Below, one piece after another: positions 15,084-24,432 of a DNA stretch of 45,006 bases. The notes under the pieces are model-generated. The model made no database searches and was not told the origin of the DNA. It saw only the letters and a list, made by a program, of their open reading frames with translations. The DNA is from a virus. The stretch spans positions 1 through 45,006 of IMG/VR virus record IMGVR_UViG_3300045988_102880. One strand, 5' to 3'. Both the position numbers and the translations under genes were made by a program. Each line of letters begins with the position of its first letter. The stretch's first letter is position 1.

Positions 15084-17192
15084 CTACTTTGTAAATGAGA
15101 GTCCCACACGATTATTCTCAGCCTCCGAATAAGGATGCATCAACCTTGCAAATGTCTTACCATCAACCTGCAAATAAACAGGACCTGTCTGCGCTGCTGG
15201 AATCTTGTCCGCGATTCTGTTCGCAAATTCGTCCAGATAGCCAAGATTATTTTCCAAAGGCAACACTGCTTCTCTCCCGGCCTCTCCAATCTTTGCAAGT
15301 GTAGCTCCAGAAGTGATTCCACCATTCGCCAGTGCCGGAACTTCAAGCCTGCCAAACGTTACATGTGAAATCTGCGGAGCATCAAAATCAAAGCCAGGAA
15401 TCTTGTTTGCCGCATCTACTGCAGCTTTGATAATTGCATTGATTCCATCAATGATAAAATTTATCAAAGATTCAAATGCTGTAATGATTGCATTCACAAT
15501 ATTTATAGCAAATACGCAAAGATCATGTAATGCAGATTTAAAATCACCAGCAAATATATCTTTGACAAATTTACTAAGAGCGGCAAACGCATCTTTTAAA
15601 AATCCAACTGCTTCCTGCAATTTTCCAGCTCTTGCAAGGGCCACAACAAACAGAGACGCCAATATAGCAATGGCTCCAACCACAACCGCAGCAGCTCCAC
15701 CAAATACAAGGAAAACCCCAACTATAAGTCCAAAAACCGAAACCAATAACAAGCTTATATTCTGAACATTCAAGCCATTTTCGTAAATATCTTTGAATGC
15801 CAACACAAGTCCAGCTATTCCGGCTACGATCAAAGCTATTCCAGCTACCGCAGGGCCAAACAACGCATATAAACCAGCAAATACCAACGAAACACCAACG
15901 ATATAACCAATCAGTCCTTTCCAATCTACACCGTTATTCCACATGTGTAAGTAGCTGTATATTGCCAGTGCTGCACCGGCAATAATAAACAGTATAGACA
16001 AAATTTTACCAAGAATTGGATTTACAGCCATAAGTTTTGTCAAGAAATCTGTAAGTTTCCATGCAAGAAAAGCTGCTCCGATCAGAACGACAAACGGAAG
16101 AATAGCTTCCAGTATCGCTTTGACCTTTTCCAACAGAGAAATGTCTGCATCAGTAAATGGCACTTCCTCAAATGCTCCTGCACCAGTGATTTCTCCGCCT
16201 CCGCCTGCTCCTCCAGTTGATCCGGTATCCTGCTGAAGAACATCAAGATCATCAAATCCTGCCAGTGATGTTTTGGCTTTATCCGCAGCTTTTGAAGTAT
16301 TCTGCAATGACTTTGCGTAATTCTTCTGCTGTTTGACCGCTCTGGTCCATGTGCTTTTACCGGATACAAATGCGGCAAATTTGCTTATCAGATTTGCTGC
16401 TGTCGTAAGCCATCCGCACAGAGTGGTCAGCGCAGGAACAAACAAGTTTAAGATTGGTGCTGCCGCAGTTGCCATTGAATTTTTCAGAGTTGCAGCCGAA
16501 CTAGAGAAGTCAGACATAGTCTTATTGTACTCAGCGGAGTACTGAACATAATTCTTCAGCCCCTCCTGAATCCCAGATACCATAGCTCTGAATGCTTTTG
16601 CGATAAGCGAAAAGATAAAGATTCTCTTCGCAAGTCCAGCAATTCTCTTTCCAAGCTTTCCAAGAGCAGAGCCTACGCTGGAAGAACCTTTTGATACCTC
16701 TTTCTGCTTTTGCTTTAATTCCTCATGTTTCTGCTTTAAAACTTCCAGGTCTCTGCTTGTCTGCCTTATCTGCATATCAAGATTTGCATATCCTGATGCT
16801 GCAGTTGGATCAATAAACGCGCCACCAGAAGCTTCAAGTTCTTCCTTTTCAGCCTTTGCATACTCAATCGTTTGCCGAAGTTGCTCTGCATCGTACTGCA
16901 TAGCCGAAAAGGTATTACTTGTTGTGCTTTTTCCAAGATCCTGCCACTTCTGCATTCTGTCTACAAGAGTGTTCAATTTCTTTTCAGACTCTGCTATCTG
17001 ATTCTGGATTTCTTTATATTCATCTGTTGGTATTCTCTGCTCCGATAACTCTTTCTGCTTCTTTTTCAAATTTTCCAATTTGTCAGACGTTTTTACAATT
17101 CTGTTCTCCAGCGTAGACATTTTTGAGTCTGCACCATCTGTGATGATTTCTGTATTGATATAAATGCTTCCGTCATACTGCATCAGGTGCAC
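15084..17192 (-). CDS. Tail tape measure protein
   Basis: 702 aa with coiled-coil N-terminus, a long Gly/Ala-rich multi-TM centre, and position after the Gp15-type chaperone. Confidence 0.85.
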   Translation of the reverse strand: MHLMQYDGSIYINTEIITDGADSKMSTLENRIVKTSDKLENLKKKQKELSEQRIPTDEYKEIQNQIAESEKKLNTLVDRMQKWQDLGKSTTSNTFSAMQYDAEQLRQTIEYAKAEKEELEASGGAFIDPTAASGYANLDMQIRQTSRDLEVLKQKHEELKQKQKEVSKGSSSVGSALGKLGKRIAGLAKRIFIFSLIAKAFRAMVSGIQEGLKNYVQYSAEYNKTMSDFSSSAATLKNSMATAAAPILNLFVPALTTLCGWLTTAANLISKFAAFVSGKSTWTRAVKQQKNYAKSLQNTSKAADKAKTSLAGFDDLDVLQQDTGSTGGAGGGGEITGAGAFEEVPFTDADISLLEKVKAILEAILPFVVLIGAAFLAWKLTDFLTKLMAVNPILGKILSILFIIAGAALAIYSYLHMWNNGVDWKGLIGYIVGVSLVFAGLYALFGPAVAGIALIVAGIAGLVLAFKDIYENGLNVQNISLLLVSVFGLIVGVFLVFGGAAAVVVGAIAILASLFVVALARAGKLQEAVGFLKDAFAALSKFVKDIFAGDFKSALHDLCVFAINIVNAIITAFESLINFIIDGINAIIKAAVDAANKIPGFDFDAPQISHVTFGRLEVPALANGGITSGATLAKIGEAGREAVLPLENNLGYLDEFANRIADKIPAAQTGPVYLQVDGKTFARLMHPYSEAENNRVGLSFTK

Positions 17193-17845
17193 CTCCTAAA
17201 TTCTTCTACTGCCTTTTTCTCTAACTCTTTTCTGGATTTTGATTTTGCTGCAAACTTGTCATACTGGTCGATTTTCTCTTTTTCGTCATCGTCATATTCT
17301 TTTTCTATAGGCTTAGAATCCAATGCATATATGACCTTGGCTTTAGCTATGACCTCTTTCTCCTCTTTACTCATCTTGCTAGTAACTTTCTTATTACGTA
17401 TCGCGATTACCTTCAAAAAAGAGGAGGATTCGTCCGGCATATTCCACAACATTCCACAAAATTCCCACCAATGCATATCTGCCTCATTGAGATTGATCCC
17501 GTAAATCTGGCGAAAATCAGCATATATTCTCCACTGATCTATATTATAATCTACCAGTCGTTTTTTATCGCTTTCGCTCGGTTGCCGATCATGATACCAT
17601 CCGTTCAAAAACCATTTAATGCAATCTTCAAGCTCATCTATATCTTGCGGATGATCTCGCATATACAGATTTCCGCTTTCATCTTCGTCTTCAAACAGCA
17701 ACTCAATGATAAGGCTCGACTTTTCCAAATTGGTCAATTCCTCATCGTAATATATGAGAGATACCTGTATTCCGACTTGGAACCATGTATTGATCTTATA
17801 GCCATTCCACTCATCCGGGAGTGGATGAATCAGAACATTATTCAT
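17183..17845 (-). CDS. Gp15-family tail assembly protein
   Basis: EWNGYKINTWFQVGIQVSLIYYDEELTNLEKSSLIIELLF matches the Listeria A118 Gp15-type N-terminus. Confidence 0.7.
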   Translation of the reverse strand: MNNVLIHPLPDEWNGYKINTWFQVGIQVSLIYYDEELTNLEKSSLIIELLFEDEDESGNLYMRDHPQDIDELEDCIKWFLNGWYHDRQPSESDKKRLVDYNIDQWRIYADFRQIYGINLNEADMHWWEFCGMLWNMPDESSSFLKVIAIRNKKVTSKMSKEEKEVIAKAKVIYALDSKPIEKEYDDDEKEKIDQYDKFAAKSKSRKELEKKAVEEFRRCT

Positions 17846-18407
17846 GTTTGTATCCTTGGATCATGGTCCTTTTATTATACTTGCTATTTTTGCCACGATT
17901 ACGAGCATTGTATCTGGATTTCACGCTCTGGAATCTCTGTCCAAACAATTCCGTCATAACCGGGATCAGTTTATCGACAAGTTCTACCAGTGCAGCCTCA
18001 TCCGGGATAAAATACTCGTCCATCTCGTAATTTTCCCGGTACACATTTCTTACCGTTCCCTGACCAAATACTAAGTCAAGCTCCTCGATACACTTTTTCA
18101 GATAAGATACATTCATACGGCTTCTATCAATAATTTGCTCGGTATCTACATTCTCTCCACCGTTGTAAACAATCTTTCTGCCTGTATACTTGGCATCCAT
18201 AGCCTTTTTCTGTTCGTTTTGCTCGTCTGTGATTTTGTTGAGCCGGTCAATAAGCTGCGCAAATTTCTCTGCTGTCCGGCCATCTGCAACATTGATTTTC
18301 AACACGGTAATCAAATCACCGTTCTCTTTTTTTACAGCAATCTCTTTAATACCATTATCAAGGATAAGCTCCTGCATTTTGTCCTCCTTCAAATAAAGGC
18401 TTGCCAA
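17838..18407 (-). CDS. Tail assembly chaperone
   Basis: Position between the major tail and Gp15 genes; acidic 189-aa protein. Confidence 0.6.
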   Translation of the reverse strand: MASLYLKEDKMQELILDNGIKEIAVKKENGDLITVLKINVADGRTAEKFAQLIDRLNKITDEQNEQKKAMDAKYTGRKIVYNGGENVDTEQIIDRSRMNVSYLKKCIEELDLVFGQGTVRNVYRENYEMDEYFIPDEAALVELVDKLIPVMTELFGQRFQSVKSRYNARNRGKNSKYNKRTMIQGYKHE

Positions 18408-18424
18408 AAAGCAAGCCCTGTGAT

Positions 18425-18925
18425 TTATTTCGTTGCCCAGCTATATTCTCCTGTTGCACTGATTGTAACAGTTCCAACTTCGACATCACCGTTGCCATTG
18501 ATCTGGATAGATGATGTCAGCGGATCTCCACCCTGTCCGCCAGTACTGGACGCGCATACAGTAACCGGTACCTTGATACAGTCTCCAGTCATGCTATCGC
18601 CGGACTCAGAAAGATCAGTCTTATAAAACCGGTAGTAATATGTCTCGCAGTCTGCTCCTGTCGGGAACATCTTAAAAATCTTGTTGATTGCAGTCTGCAC
18701 CTCATCAGAGATAAATTCTCTTTCCGGTGTCATGGATAAACCATATCCTTTTACCGTAGAGGATTTGGACTTCATGTTCACGTACTGGGTGTCTGATGTA
18801 TCCGGTCCCCAGTCCTCAGTGATCTCGGAAAATCCATTTCCAAGCTCTACGATTTTAGGTGTCAGACCGCTCATCAGAGTTCCGATATCCAAGAGAGATA
18901 CCATATTTGTTCTATCCTGTGCCAT
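18425..18925 (-). CDS. Major tail protein
   Basis: 166 aa, placed by position. Its 5' leader is shared with the major capsid gene. Confidence 0.7.
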   Translation of the reverse strand: MAQDRTNMVSLLDIGTLMSGLTPKIVELGNGFSEITEDWGPDTSDTQYVNMKSKSSTVKGYGLSMTPEREFISDEVQTAINKIFKMFPTGADCETYYYRFYKTDLSESGDSMTGDCIKVPVTVCASSTGGQGGDPLTSSIQINGNGDVEVGTVTISATGEYSWATK

Positions 18926-18971
18926 AAAAAATCCTTTCTACCTATATCTGTTAAAAGGTGTGTAGGTTAGC
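18922..18971 (-). promoter_or_regulatory. Conserved ~50-nt leader, copy 1 (upstream of the major tail gene)
   Basis: Minus strand reads gctaacctacacaccttttaacagatataggtagaaaggattttttATGG. It is near-identical to 23701-23751. Confidence 0.7.
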
Positions 18972-18996
18972 AGCTGCTTTAGACAGCAGCCGGAAT

Positions 18997-19503
18997 TTAC
19001 ATGCTTCTTTTTTTGAATGTATTAGTATAACGAGCAGTCACCGGAAGAACCCAGTCCTGCACGCCGTTTGCTGTCGGCTCTGCGGCGTATACGTTATCCC
19101 ACATCAACTCATTTATCTTTCTTCCATCTGTCATGGCTGGATATTTTTCCAGCATATACGTTTCCCCGTCAATGGTAACAATTTCTCCTGCGAGCCACTT
19201 TCCCATTGTCTCCAGAAATTCGGCAATGGTAATCTTATAAGATTCTTTCTCTGATGCCGATGTCCTGTACACAATGTAAAATGGATACTGGCATTTCTGC
19301 ACTACCGTACCATCAATGTACTTTGTCTCGGAGTAGATCACAGATCCATTATTGCTGGTAAAGATAATCCCGGTATCTTCTGAGGATTCCTCAAATTTGA
19401 TTCGTTCATCTTCGTACAGTCCAGGATACTGGTTAAGCAGATCTTGGACAGCTTTTATAATAACCGTATGACCAGATGTATCATATTTTACAGGCTTTTC
19501 CAC
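18997..19503 (-). CDS. Minor capsid / head-tail joining protein (Minor_capsid_3-like position)
   Basis: 168 aa, third of three consecutive A118-type minor capsid genes. Confidence 0.55.
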   Translation of the reverse strand: MEKPVKYDTSGHTVIIKAVQDLLNQYPGLYEDERIKFEESSEDTGIIFTSNNGSVIYSETKYIDGTVVQKCQYPFYIVYRTSASEKESYKITIAEFLETMGKWLAGEIVTIDGETYMLEKYPAMTDGRKINELMWDNVYAAEPTANGVQDWVLPVTARYTNTFKKRSM

Positions 19504-19504
19504 A

Positions 19505-20008
19505 TTATCCGCCTCCTGCCGTCTTCTTTGCTGCCTTTACCCATTTCTTACCATCTACTCTTTTTGCCGCATCGAACCAATGATCCGTAGCTTTTGGATG
19601 CTTATCACGCGCGTAATTCAACGGGCGATCTGTCGGGACAAGCTTTGCATCTTTCCGGAATCTAAAAATATAATCTCCAGCTCCTGATCCTGTCGGGATC
19701 TTTGCTGGTCCTTTTCCTGTCTCGCTGTCTACCATGACTTTTCCTTCGTACAGGCACCGCCCCTGCGGACGAAATCCTGCACAGACCATCCCAGTGCCCT
19801 GCAATGATGCGCTGTGAGCGCGTGTGACGTTGATAAACGTCCCATCCTGCATAGGCATAAAAGGTATCATGCTGTTCATTACATTTCCGTCCAGCTCATA
19901 CTGGGCGCGCTGAAACTGCTTGTTGAACCGTGACATATCAATATTGAGCTTGATATCGCCCTGCACAACGGAATAATCTTTGAAGTGTTTAATATTACTT
20001 CGTGCCAT
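19505..20008 (-). CDS. Minor capsid / head-tail joining protein (Minor_capsid_2-like)
   Basis: 167 aa; ..NVMNSMIPFMPMQDGTFIN.. pattern and position. Confidence 0.55.
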   Translation of the reverse strand: MARSNIKHFKDYSVVQGDIKLNIDMSRFNKQFQRAQYELDGNVMNSMIPFMPMQDGTFINVTRAHSASLQGTGMVCAGFRPQGRCLYEGKVMVDSETGKGPAKIPTGSGAGDYIFRFRKDAKLVPTDRPLNYARDKHPKATDHWFDAAKRVDGKKWVKAAKKTAGGG

Positions 20009-20010
20009 GA

Positions 20011-20484
20011 TTATTTACCCATAATCTCAAAATGCGGGATAACCGTGTACGGATCGCTTACACTGGTAATTTTGTACACACCATCCTTGTTGGCATTCAT
20101 GTAAGCATAAAAACCCTCATACCGCCTGTCTTGATAGTCTGCATCGTTCACAGGTCCCTTGTCCCATTCTCCCTGCCAGAAGAAGTCCTTCGGAGAGATC
20201 CGGATACTGTTTGCAAGTCCTTCGTTTGTCTGTGCTTCCCATGCCTTTTCTTTCATCCACAGAAGCATTATGCCGGAGCTGTCCGGTATCACGATACTTC
20301 CGTCTTGCATCTGGTAACGGATATGGAGCTTTACGGAGTCTGACGACTCTGCGCCGTACTTCGCCTGGATAGCTGCACGATCCGCAATCACATCAACGCC
20401 AGAAAGCACATGCGGATACCATGTAACCTCACCCGTAATCTTGCTTTCATATTGATTAAAAAGTGTGATCGTCTTGCCATACAT
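20011..20484 (-). CDS. Minor capsid / head closure protein (Minor_capsid_1-like)
   Basis: 157 aa; MYGKTITLFNQYESKITGEVTWYPHVLSGV and position. Confidence 0.55.
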   Translation of the reverse strand: MYGKTITLFNQYESKITGEVTWYPHVLSGVDVIADRAAIQAKYGAESSDSVKLHIRYQMQDGSIVIPDSSGIMLLWMKEKAWEAQTNEGLANSIRISPKDFFWQGEWDKGPVNDADYQDRRYEGFYAYMNANKDGVYKITSVSDPYTVIPHFEIMGK

Positions 20485-20487
20485 GGT

Positions 20488-21129
20488 TTATACCTCGCAT
20501 AATGCCTCTGAGAATTTGTCTGAAAATGCCTTGATTCTGACAATGTTTCCTTTGCACTCTTCCGGCACTTTCCCGTAAAAGATAATGCTTTCTGGATGTA
20601 ACCTGTCGATCATGGCATTATAGCCGGACATAAACAGCTCTTTCTTTGCTTTTCCATTCATGCAGCCAACCGAAGACACTGCCACGGTTCCGCCCTCTGG
20701 CTCCCCATCAAAGCACCAATCATAGGAATCCGGAGTGCTCCATGAGATTGTCGGAATCACTTTGCATCCTGCTTCTTGCAGATATGCGCCGACCCAGTGC
20801 TTCCGGTAATGATTGTAAATCTGAATAGCTTTCGGAAAATCAGTGTAAGTGCTGAAATCCGGTGTCAGAACATATCGAAACCGGCTCAGCTTCTCCACAT
20901 ACCTGTCAACATTTATCCACAGTGCATTGAATTGATAATCATCAAGGAAGAAATGAACCGCTTTATCTTCCGGGTTCTTGCAGTTGACTCTGGCATAGTT
21001 AAATCCGATAAATTCACACTCGCCATCAAATGTTTCTGGCTGTAACTGCGGTATGCCGTATTCTCCAACACCATCAAAGATCCGGCGATTCAAATTCTCA
21101 TATGCCATGCTGTTTGATTTATCTTCCAT
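20488..21129 (-). CDS. DUF4417-like protein
   Basis: HFFLDDYQFNALW...VLTPDFSTYTDFPKAIQIYNHYRKHWVGAYLQEAGCKVIPTISW fits my recollection of DUF4417. Confidence 0.6.
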   Translation of the reverse strand: MEDKSNSMAYENLNRRIFDGVGEYGIPQLQPETFDGECEFIGFNYARVNCKNPEDKAVHFFLDDYQFNALWINVDRYVEKLSRFRYVLTPDFSTYTDFPKAIQIYNHYRKHWVGAYLQEAGCKVIPTISWSTPDSYDWCFDGEPEGGTVAVSSVGCMNGKAKKELFMSGYNAMIDRLHPESIIFYGKVPEECKGNIVRIKAFSDKFSEALCEV

Positions 21130-21536
21130 TACTTACGCTTTCTCTTTCCTTTATACACAAATTCAAGATTTTTTCCTGTCCAATCTACATCATTTGCTTT
21201 TACCGTCGATTCAATGACTTTTACTCCCGGCTTTGGTCTGCCGAGTGGAGTCTTTGTCCATTTTTCCGCTTGCGCCTTAGACAAAAATACCCAGTCATTT
21301 TGATTTATACTATCCCCAATAGTGGCTCTGTATATTTTTACGTTTGAATCTCTGCCCTTGATAGAGTTAATCTGTGAAATAGCTTCCGTGGCAAGTTTAT
21401 TTCCGACTATCTTTTGTGGCAGTCCATCTATTTTACTTTTCATATCGGAGACATTTACTCCACTACTACTCGCTCTTCCGGACCCTAAATTTTTCCCTTG
21501 ATAGTCTAATCCACTGCTTCCACCACGTCCGCCCAT
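21129..21536 (-). CDS. Hypothetical protein, 135 aa, Gly-rich N-terminus
   Basis: MGGRGGSSGLDYQGK.. ; TAATG overlap with the next gene. Confidence 0.5.
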   Translation of the reverse strand: MGGRGGSSGLDYQGKNLGSGRASSSGVNVSDMKSKIDGLPQKIVGNKLATEAISQINSIKGRDSNVKIYRATIGDSINQNDWVFLSKAQAEKWTKTPLGRPKPGVKVIESTVKANDVDWTGKNLEFVYKGKRKRK

Positions 21537-21540
21537 AAGA

Positions 21541-21768
21541 TCACTCCGCTTCTACTTCAGGAATACCTGCAATACTGGTAGCTACGGATAAGATGCCAGC
21601 CAGAACGGATGCAGAAATTACCATCTTCCAATCTACACTGCCAAGAACCGAAGCTGTTCCAACGCTTGCCACAAAAGTCTGCGCTACAGTTTTCACAGCT
21701 CTTACTCCTGCATTTTTCAACCACTTCTGTGTATTTACAGACACTTTAAATACGCAATTTTTAAACAT
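21541..21768 (-). CDS. Holin, Phage_holin_1 (phi LC3 / r1t) family-like
   Basis: GAAGGAGGTAAAT precedes the ATG. RAVKTVAQTFVASVGTASVLGSVDWKMVISASVLAGILSVATSIAGIPE follows the RAxKTxAQ...VDW...S..TS.A.GIP pattern. Confidence 0.65.
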   Translation of the reverse strand: MFKNCVFKVSVNTQKWLKNAGVRAVKTVAQTFVASVGTASVLGSVDWKMVISASVLAGILSVATSIAGIPEVEAE

Positions 21769-21779
21769 ATTTACCTCCT

Positions 21780-22097
21780 TCAGATTGGAAGCACTCTGGC
21801 TTCCTGCATACATCTCTGGATTTTTGGGATCTGGATACTGAACCAGTCCACCATTTCCTCATTCACCGCCCAGTTGTCAGCCTTACCGCTCGAAGTATCA
21901 AGACCGGACTCAAACAGAAATGCATGTATGATTTCATGCCGTGTCACCTGTCTCACGTATTCAAGCATATTTGCTTTTGTACCAGGCTGTTTTTCTGCAT
22001 AATGCATATCATCAACCACAATGGTCCTCGTAGACGAATCCATATACCCGTCCATCTCTTTTAATGCCGGATTATTCGTTCTCCGACCCGTATACAA
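21780..22097 (-). CDS. Small HExxH zinc-metallopeptidase-like protein
   Basis: QVTRHEIIHAFLFESGL contains HExxH. TTG start with a weak RBS, so the start is uncertain. Confidence 0.45.
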   Translation of the reverse strand: MYTGRRTNNPALKEMDGYMDSSTRTIVVDDMHYAEKQPGTKANMLEYVRQVTRHEIIHAFLFESGLDTSSGKADNWAVNEEMVDWFSIQIPKIQRCMQEARVLPI

Positions 22098-22126
22098 TTT
22101 TCCACTGTGATCCTAAAATGTTGATT

Positions 22127-22621
22127 TTACAGTCCTGCATAAAGAATCGGGATTCCTTCATCGTCTCTTACTCCCATCAGTAACGGTAAAGCCGTCTTTA
22201 AGAGTAAGTCATTGGTTTTCTGCATGTCTCCGGCTGCTGCATATACTGCATTCCATTCCTTTGCGCTTGCTCCAATCTGCTGCGGTGTCGCATAGGATAT
22301 GGATTCGCTGCCGGATGATACAGAGGTAATAATTCCGGTCGTACTGCCATTGGTTCCTACCGTAGTAGTGCTTCCGCCAGCAGCAGCCACGGAATTTTTC
22401 TCTGCGAGATCAAGCTCGTAGATTTTATCAGCCAGTGCACAGACTGCCTTTTTGATACGCTTTTGAGAGCGTTCATTTGATGGCAGTCCACCCGCCAGCC
22501 TGTCAAAAGTCATAACATCCACAAAGTCGGAAGCCTGCTCCGCTACCCGCGGGAAGTCAGATTTCGGCACGACACTGCCAAAGTATGAAGTTGTGTAAAA
22601 ATCATAATCTACATATGCCAT
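22127..22621 (-). CDS. Head-tail connector (gp6-like) protein
   Basis: MAYVDYDFYTTSYFGSVVPKSDFPRVAEQASDFVDVMTFDRL and position directly after the major capsid gene. Confidence 0.6.
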   Translation of the reverse strand: MAYVDYDFYTTSYFGSVVPKSDFPRVAEQASDFVDVMTFDRLAGGLPSNERSQKRIKKAVCALADKIYELDLAEKNSVAAAGGSTTTVGTNGSTTGIITSVSSGSESISYATPQQIGASAKEWNAVYAAAGDMQKTNDLLLKTALPLLMGVRDDEGIPILYAGL

Positions 22622-22633
22622 GCCGTGGTCTCC

Positions 22634-23704
22634 TTAACCTCTTGTGATGATCTGTGCAATAGCGATTGCTTTGATTGGGAAATACTTCTTGGAAGAAGTA
22701 GCATTGTTGTTTGCCAGCTCCCAGTTTGTGCCACTTTCAAGCTGCTCTTTTGTCGGTGAGACAATGCCGCTCTGCTTGAAACTGATACCGTAAGGGGAGA
22801 AGATCTTTCGCTGCCTGGAATACAATGTATCCTCTCCGCCGTTCTTCGCCGGGTCTCTATCCATCTCATACGGAACCTTTGCGCCGCAGTTGGTATACTC
22901 GATTGCGCCCTGTCCAAGAACGTAAGTGGTATACGCGGTGTAAGTGTATCCGTCCCCTTTTCCAGTATCGGATTCCGGAACGGTCACTTCTTTGGTCGGC
23001 ATATTGTCGTCAACCAGGACAACTCTACCATTGAGGGTGGCAAGGGTCAGCTCTCTCTCAATGCCGTCCGCATCCGTGCCCTTCATGTAGGATACCAGCT
23101 TCAGATTCTCCAGATTGGTCGCCACCTGGGAATGCATGATAGCCAGCGCAAACTTGGACTTGTTATCCCCGAGTGCCTGCTGGATTGCGTTATTCAGAGT
23201 AGTTTCTCCGAACTTTCCAGTTTCACCAGTATTAGCGGTAATGTCGTAGGTGTGGCCGTCCACGAACTTCTTGTTCTCGGTTCCGGTCATGGAAAAGATA
23301 CCTTTCAGAGTAGATACAAGGGTCTCCTGGTCGATATCATCCCAATACTCTGCGACCTCTTCTGCTGCAGGCATGAAGTCCTCTCCGGTAATGTCGGAAG
23401 AGAAATCTTTCTCTGTCCATCCGTGCGCACGTCCTACTACAATTCTGCCGTGAGTGAACGTGTCTCTGGAATCTGCCGTAATATTGGTAGATCCATCATA
23501 GTTCTGTGGATTTCCACTGATTCTTGCTTTGATCGGCACAGTGATATAATTACCACCTGTCTGATCCGGGAGCATATCTGCATACTGCGGTTTTTCTACG
23601 ATTGCTCCAGACTTGATAAGTTCGTTTCTGTTAAGATTCGGGACTTTGTCAACATATGCCCCAAAAACTTCACCATTAAAGTTTTTCTGGTCAAATAAAG
23701 CCAT
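22634..23704 (-). CDS. Major capsid protein
   Basis: 356 aa, directly after the GP20-type scaffold gene. N-terminus MALFDQKNFNGEVFGAYVDKVPNLNRNELIKSGAI. Confidence 0.8.
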   Translation of the reverse strand: MALFDQKNFNGEVFGAYVDKVPNLNRNELIKSGAIVEKPQYADMLPDQTGGNYITVPIKARISGNPQNYDGSTNITADSRDTFTHGRIVVGRAHGWTEKDFSSDITGEDFMPAAEEVAEYWDDIDQETLVSTLKGIFSMTGTENKKFVDGHTYDITANTGETGKFGETTLNNAIQQALGDNKSKFALAIMHSQVATNLENLKLVSYMKGTDADGIERELTLATLNGRVVLVDDNMPTKEVTVPESDTGKGDGYTYTAYTTYVLGQGAIEYTNCGAKVPYEMDRDPAKNGGEDTLYSRQRKIFSPYGISFKQSGIVSPTKEQLESGTNWELANNNATSSKKYFPIKAIAIAQIITRG

Positions 23705-23751
23705 AAAAAAATCCTTTCTACCTATAATTCTTAAAAGGTGTGTAGGTTAGC
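23701..23751 (-). promoter_or_regulatory. Conserved ~50-nt leader, copy 2 (upstream of the major capsid gene)
   Basis: Minus strand reads gctaacctacacaccttttaagaattataggtagaaaggatttttttATGG. Confidence 0.7.
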
Positions 23752-23787
23752 GGTAACGCTCCATCCGCGCCACCGGTTGTTTTTCTG

Positions 23788-24432
23788 TTACATGTACTGT
23801 GTGATATCCAGATCCGGATTTTCATTTTTCATTTTCATAAGCTCAGACATAGTGTATTTCTGTCCTTCTGGATGCATCTTAGCTGTCGGTTTTGTAAACA
23901 CAGCTTTCTTCTGGTTTGCATCAATTTGCTGTTTGTCAACAAAAATTCCGGTTTTCTGTTTTCCGTCCGCATCGGTAATCATACCCTTAAAGATGTCGCT
24001 GATAGATTTTCCTTTCGCAGAATCTTTGTCCAGCTCCTGCACCAAAGCTTCCCGATAATGCTGCTCAGTAATGTCATTCAAAAATTCGTACTGCTTCACT
24101 CCCTTATCATCCACAGATGCAAGGAAATCATTCACAGTCTTTTCGACTTCAACCTTCCGAGCGTCCGCCGCTCTGGCTTTCTTTTCATCATCGATCTGAG
24201 TAGTGAGAGTGCTAATCTGGTTTTTCAAATCATTTACATCGACATCCTTAAATCCGTCCAGCTTTGCCTGCACATCATCCAGAGATGTCTTATATTCGTC
24301 TCTTTTTGTCACTACCTTGTCATAATCTGATTTTGTACGATAATTTTCATCCATCTTCTTTTTCAGATCGCTTTTTTTATCCTCTGGAATCTCGATACCA
24401 AGCTCCGCAAGGATCTGTTCATAATTCTGCAT
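23788..24432 (-). CDS. Scaffolding protein (Phage_GP20-like)
   Basis: Acidic coiled-coil 214 aa: MQNYEQILAELGIEIPEDKKSDLKKKMDENYRTKSDYDKV... Confidence 0.75.
   Translation of the reverse strand: MQNYEQILAELGIEIPEDKKSDLKKKMDENYRTKSDYDKVVTKRDEYKTSLDDVQAKLDGFKDVDVNDLKNQISTLTTQIDDEKKARAADARKVEVEKTVNDFLASVDDKGVKQYEFLNDITEQHYREALVQELDKDSAKGKSISDIFKGMITDADGKQKTGIFVDKQQIDANQKKAVFTKPTAKMHPEGQKYTMSELMKMKNENPDLDITQYM

Noticed and set aside
21129-21536. ADP-ribosyltransferase-like R...S...E spacing in the 135-aa protein (IYRA .. FLSKAQA .. NLEFVY)
   Set aside because: There is no ExE/QxE motif and no STS, and the resemblance rests on three short patches. It is too weak to call without a profile search.
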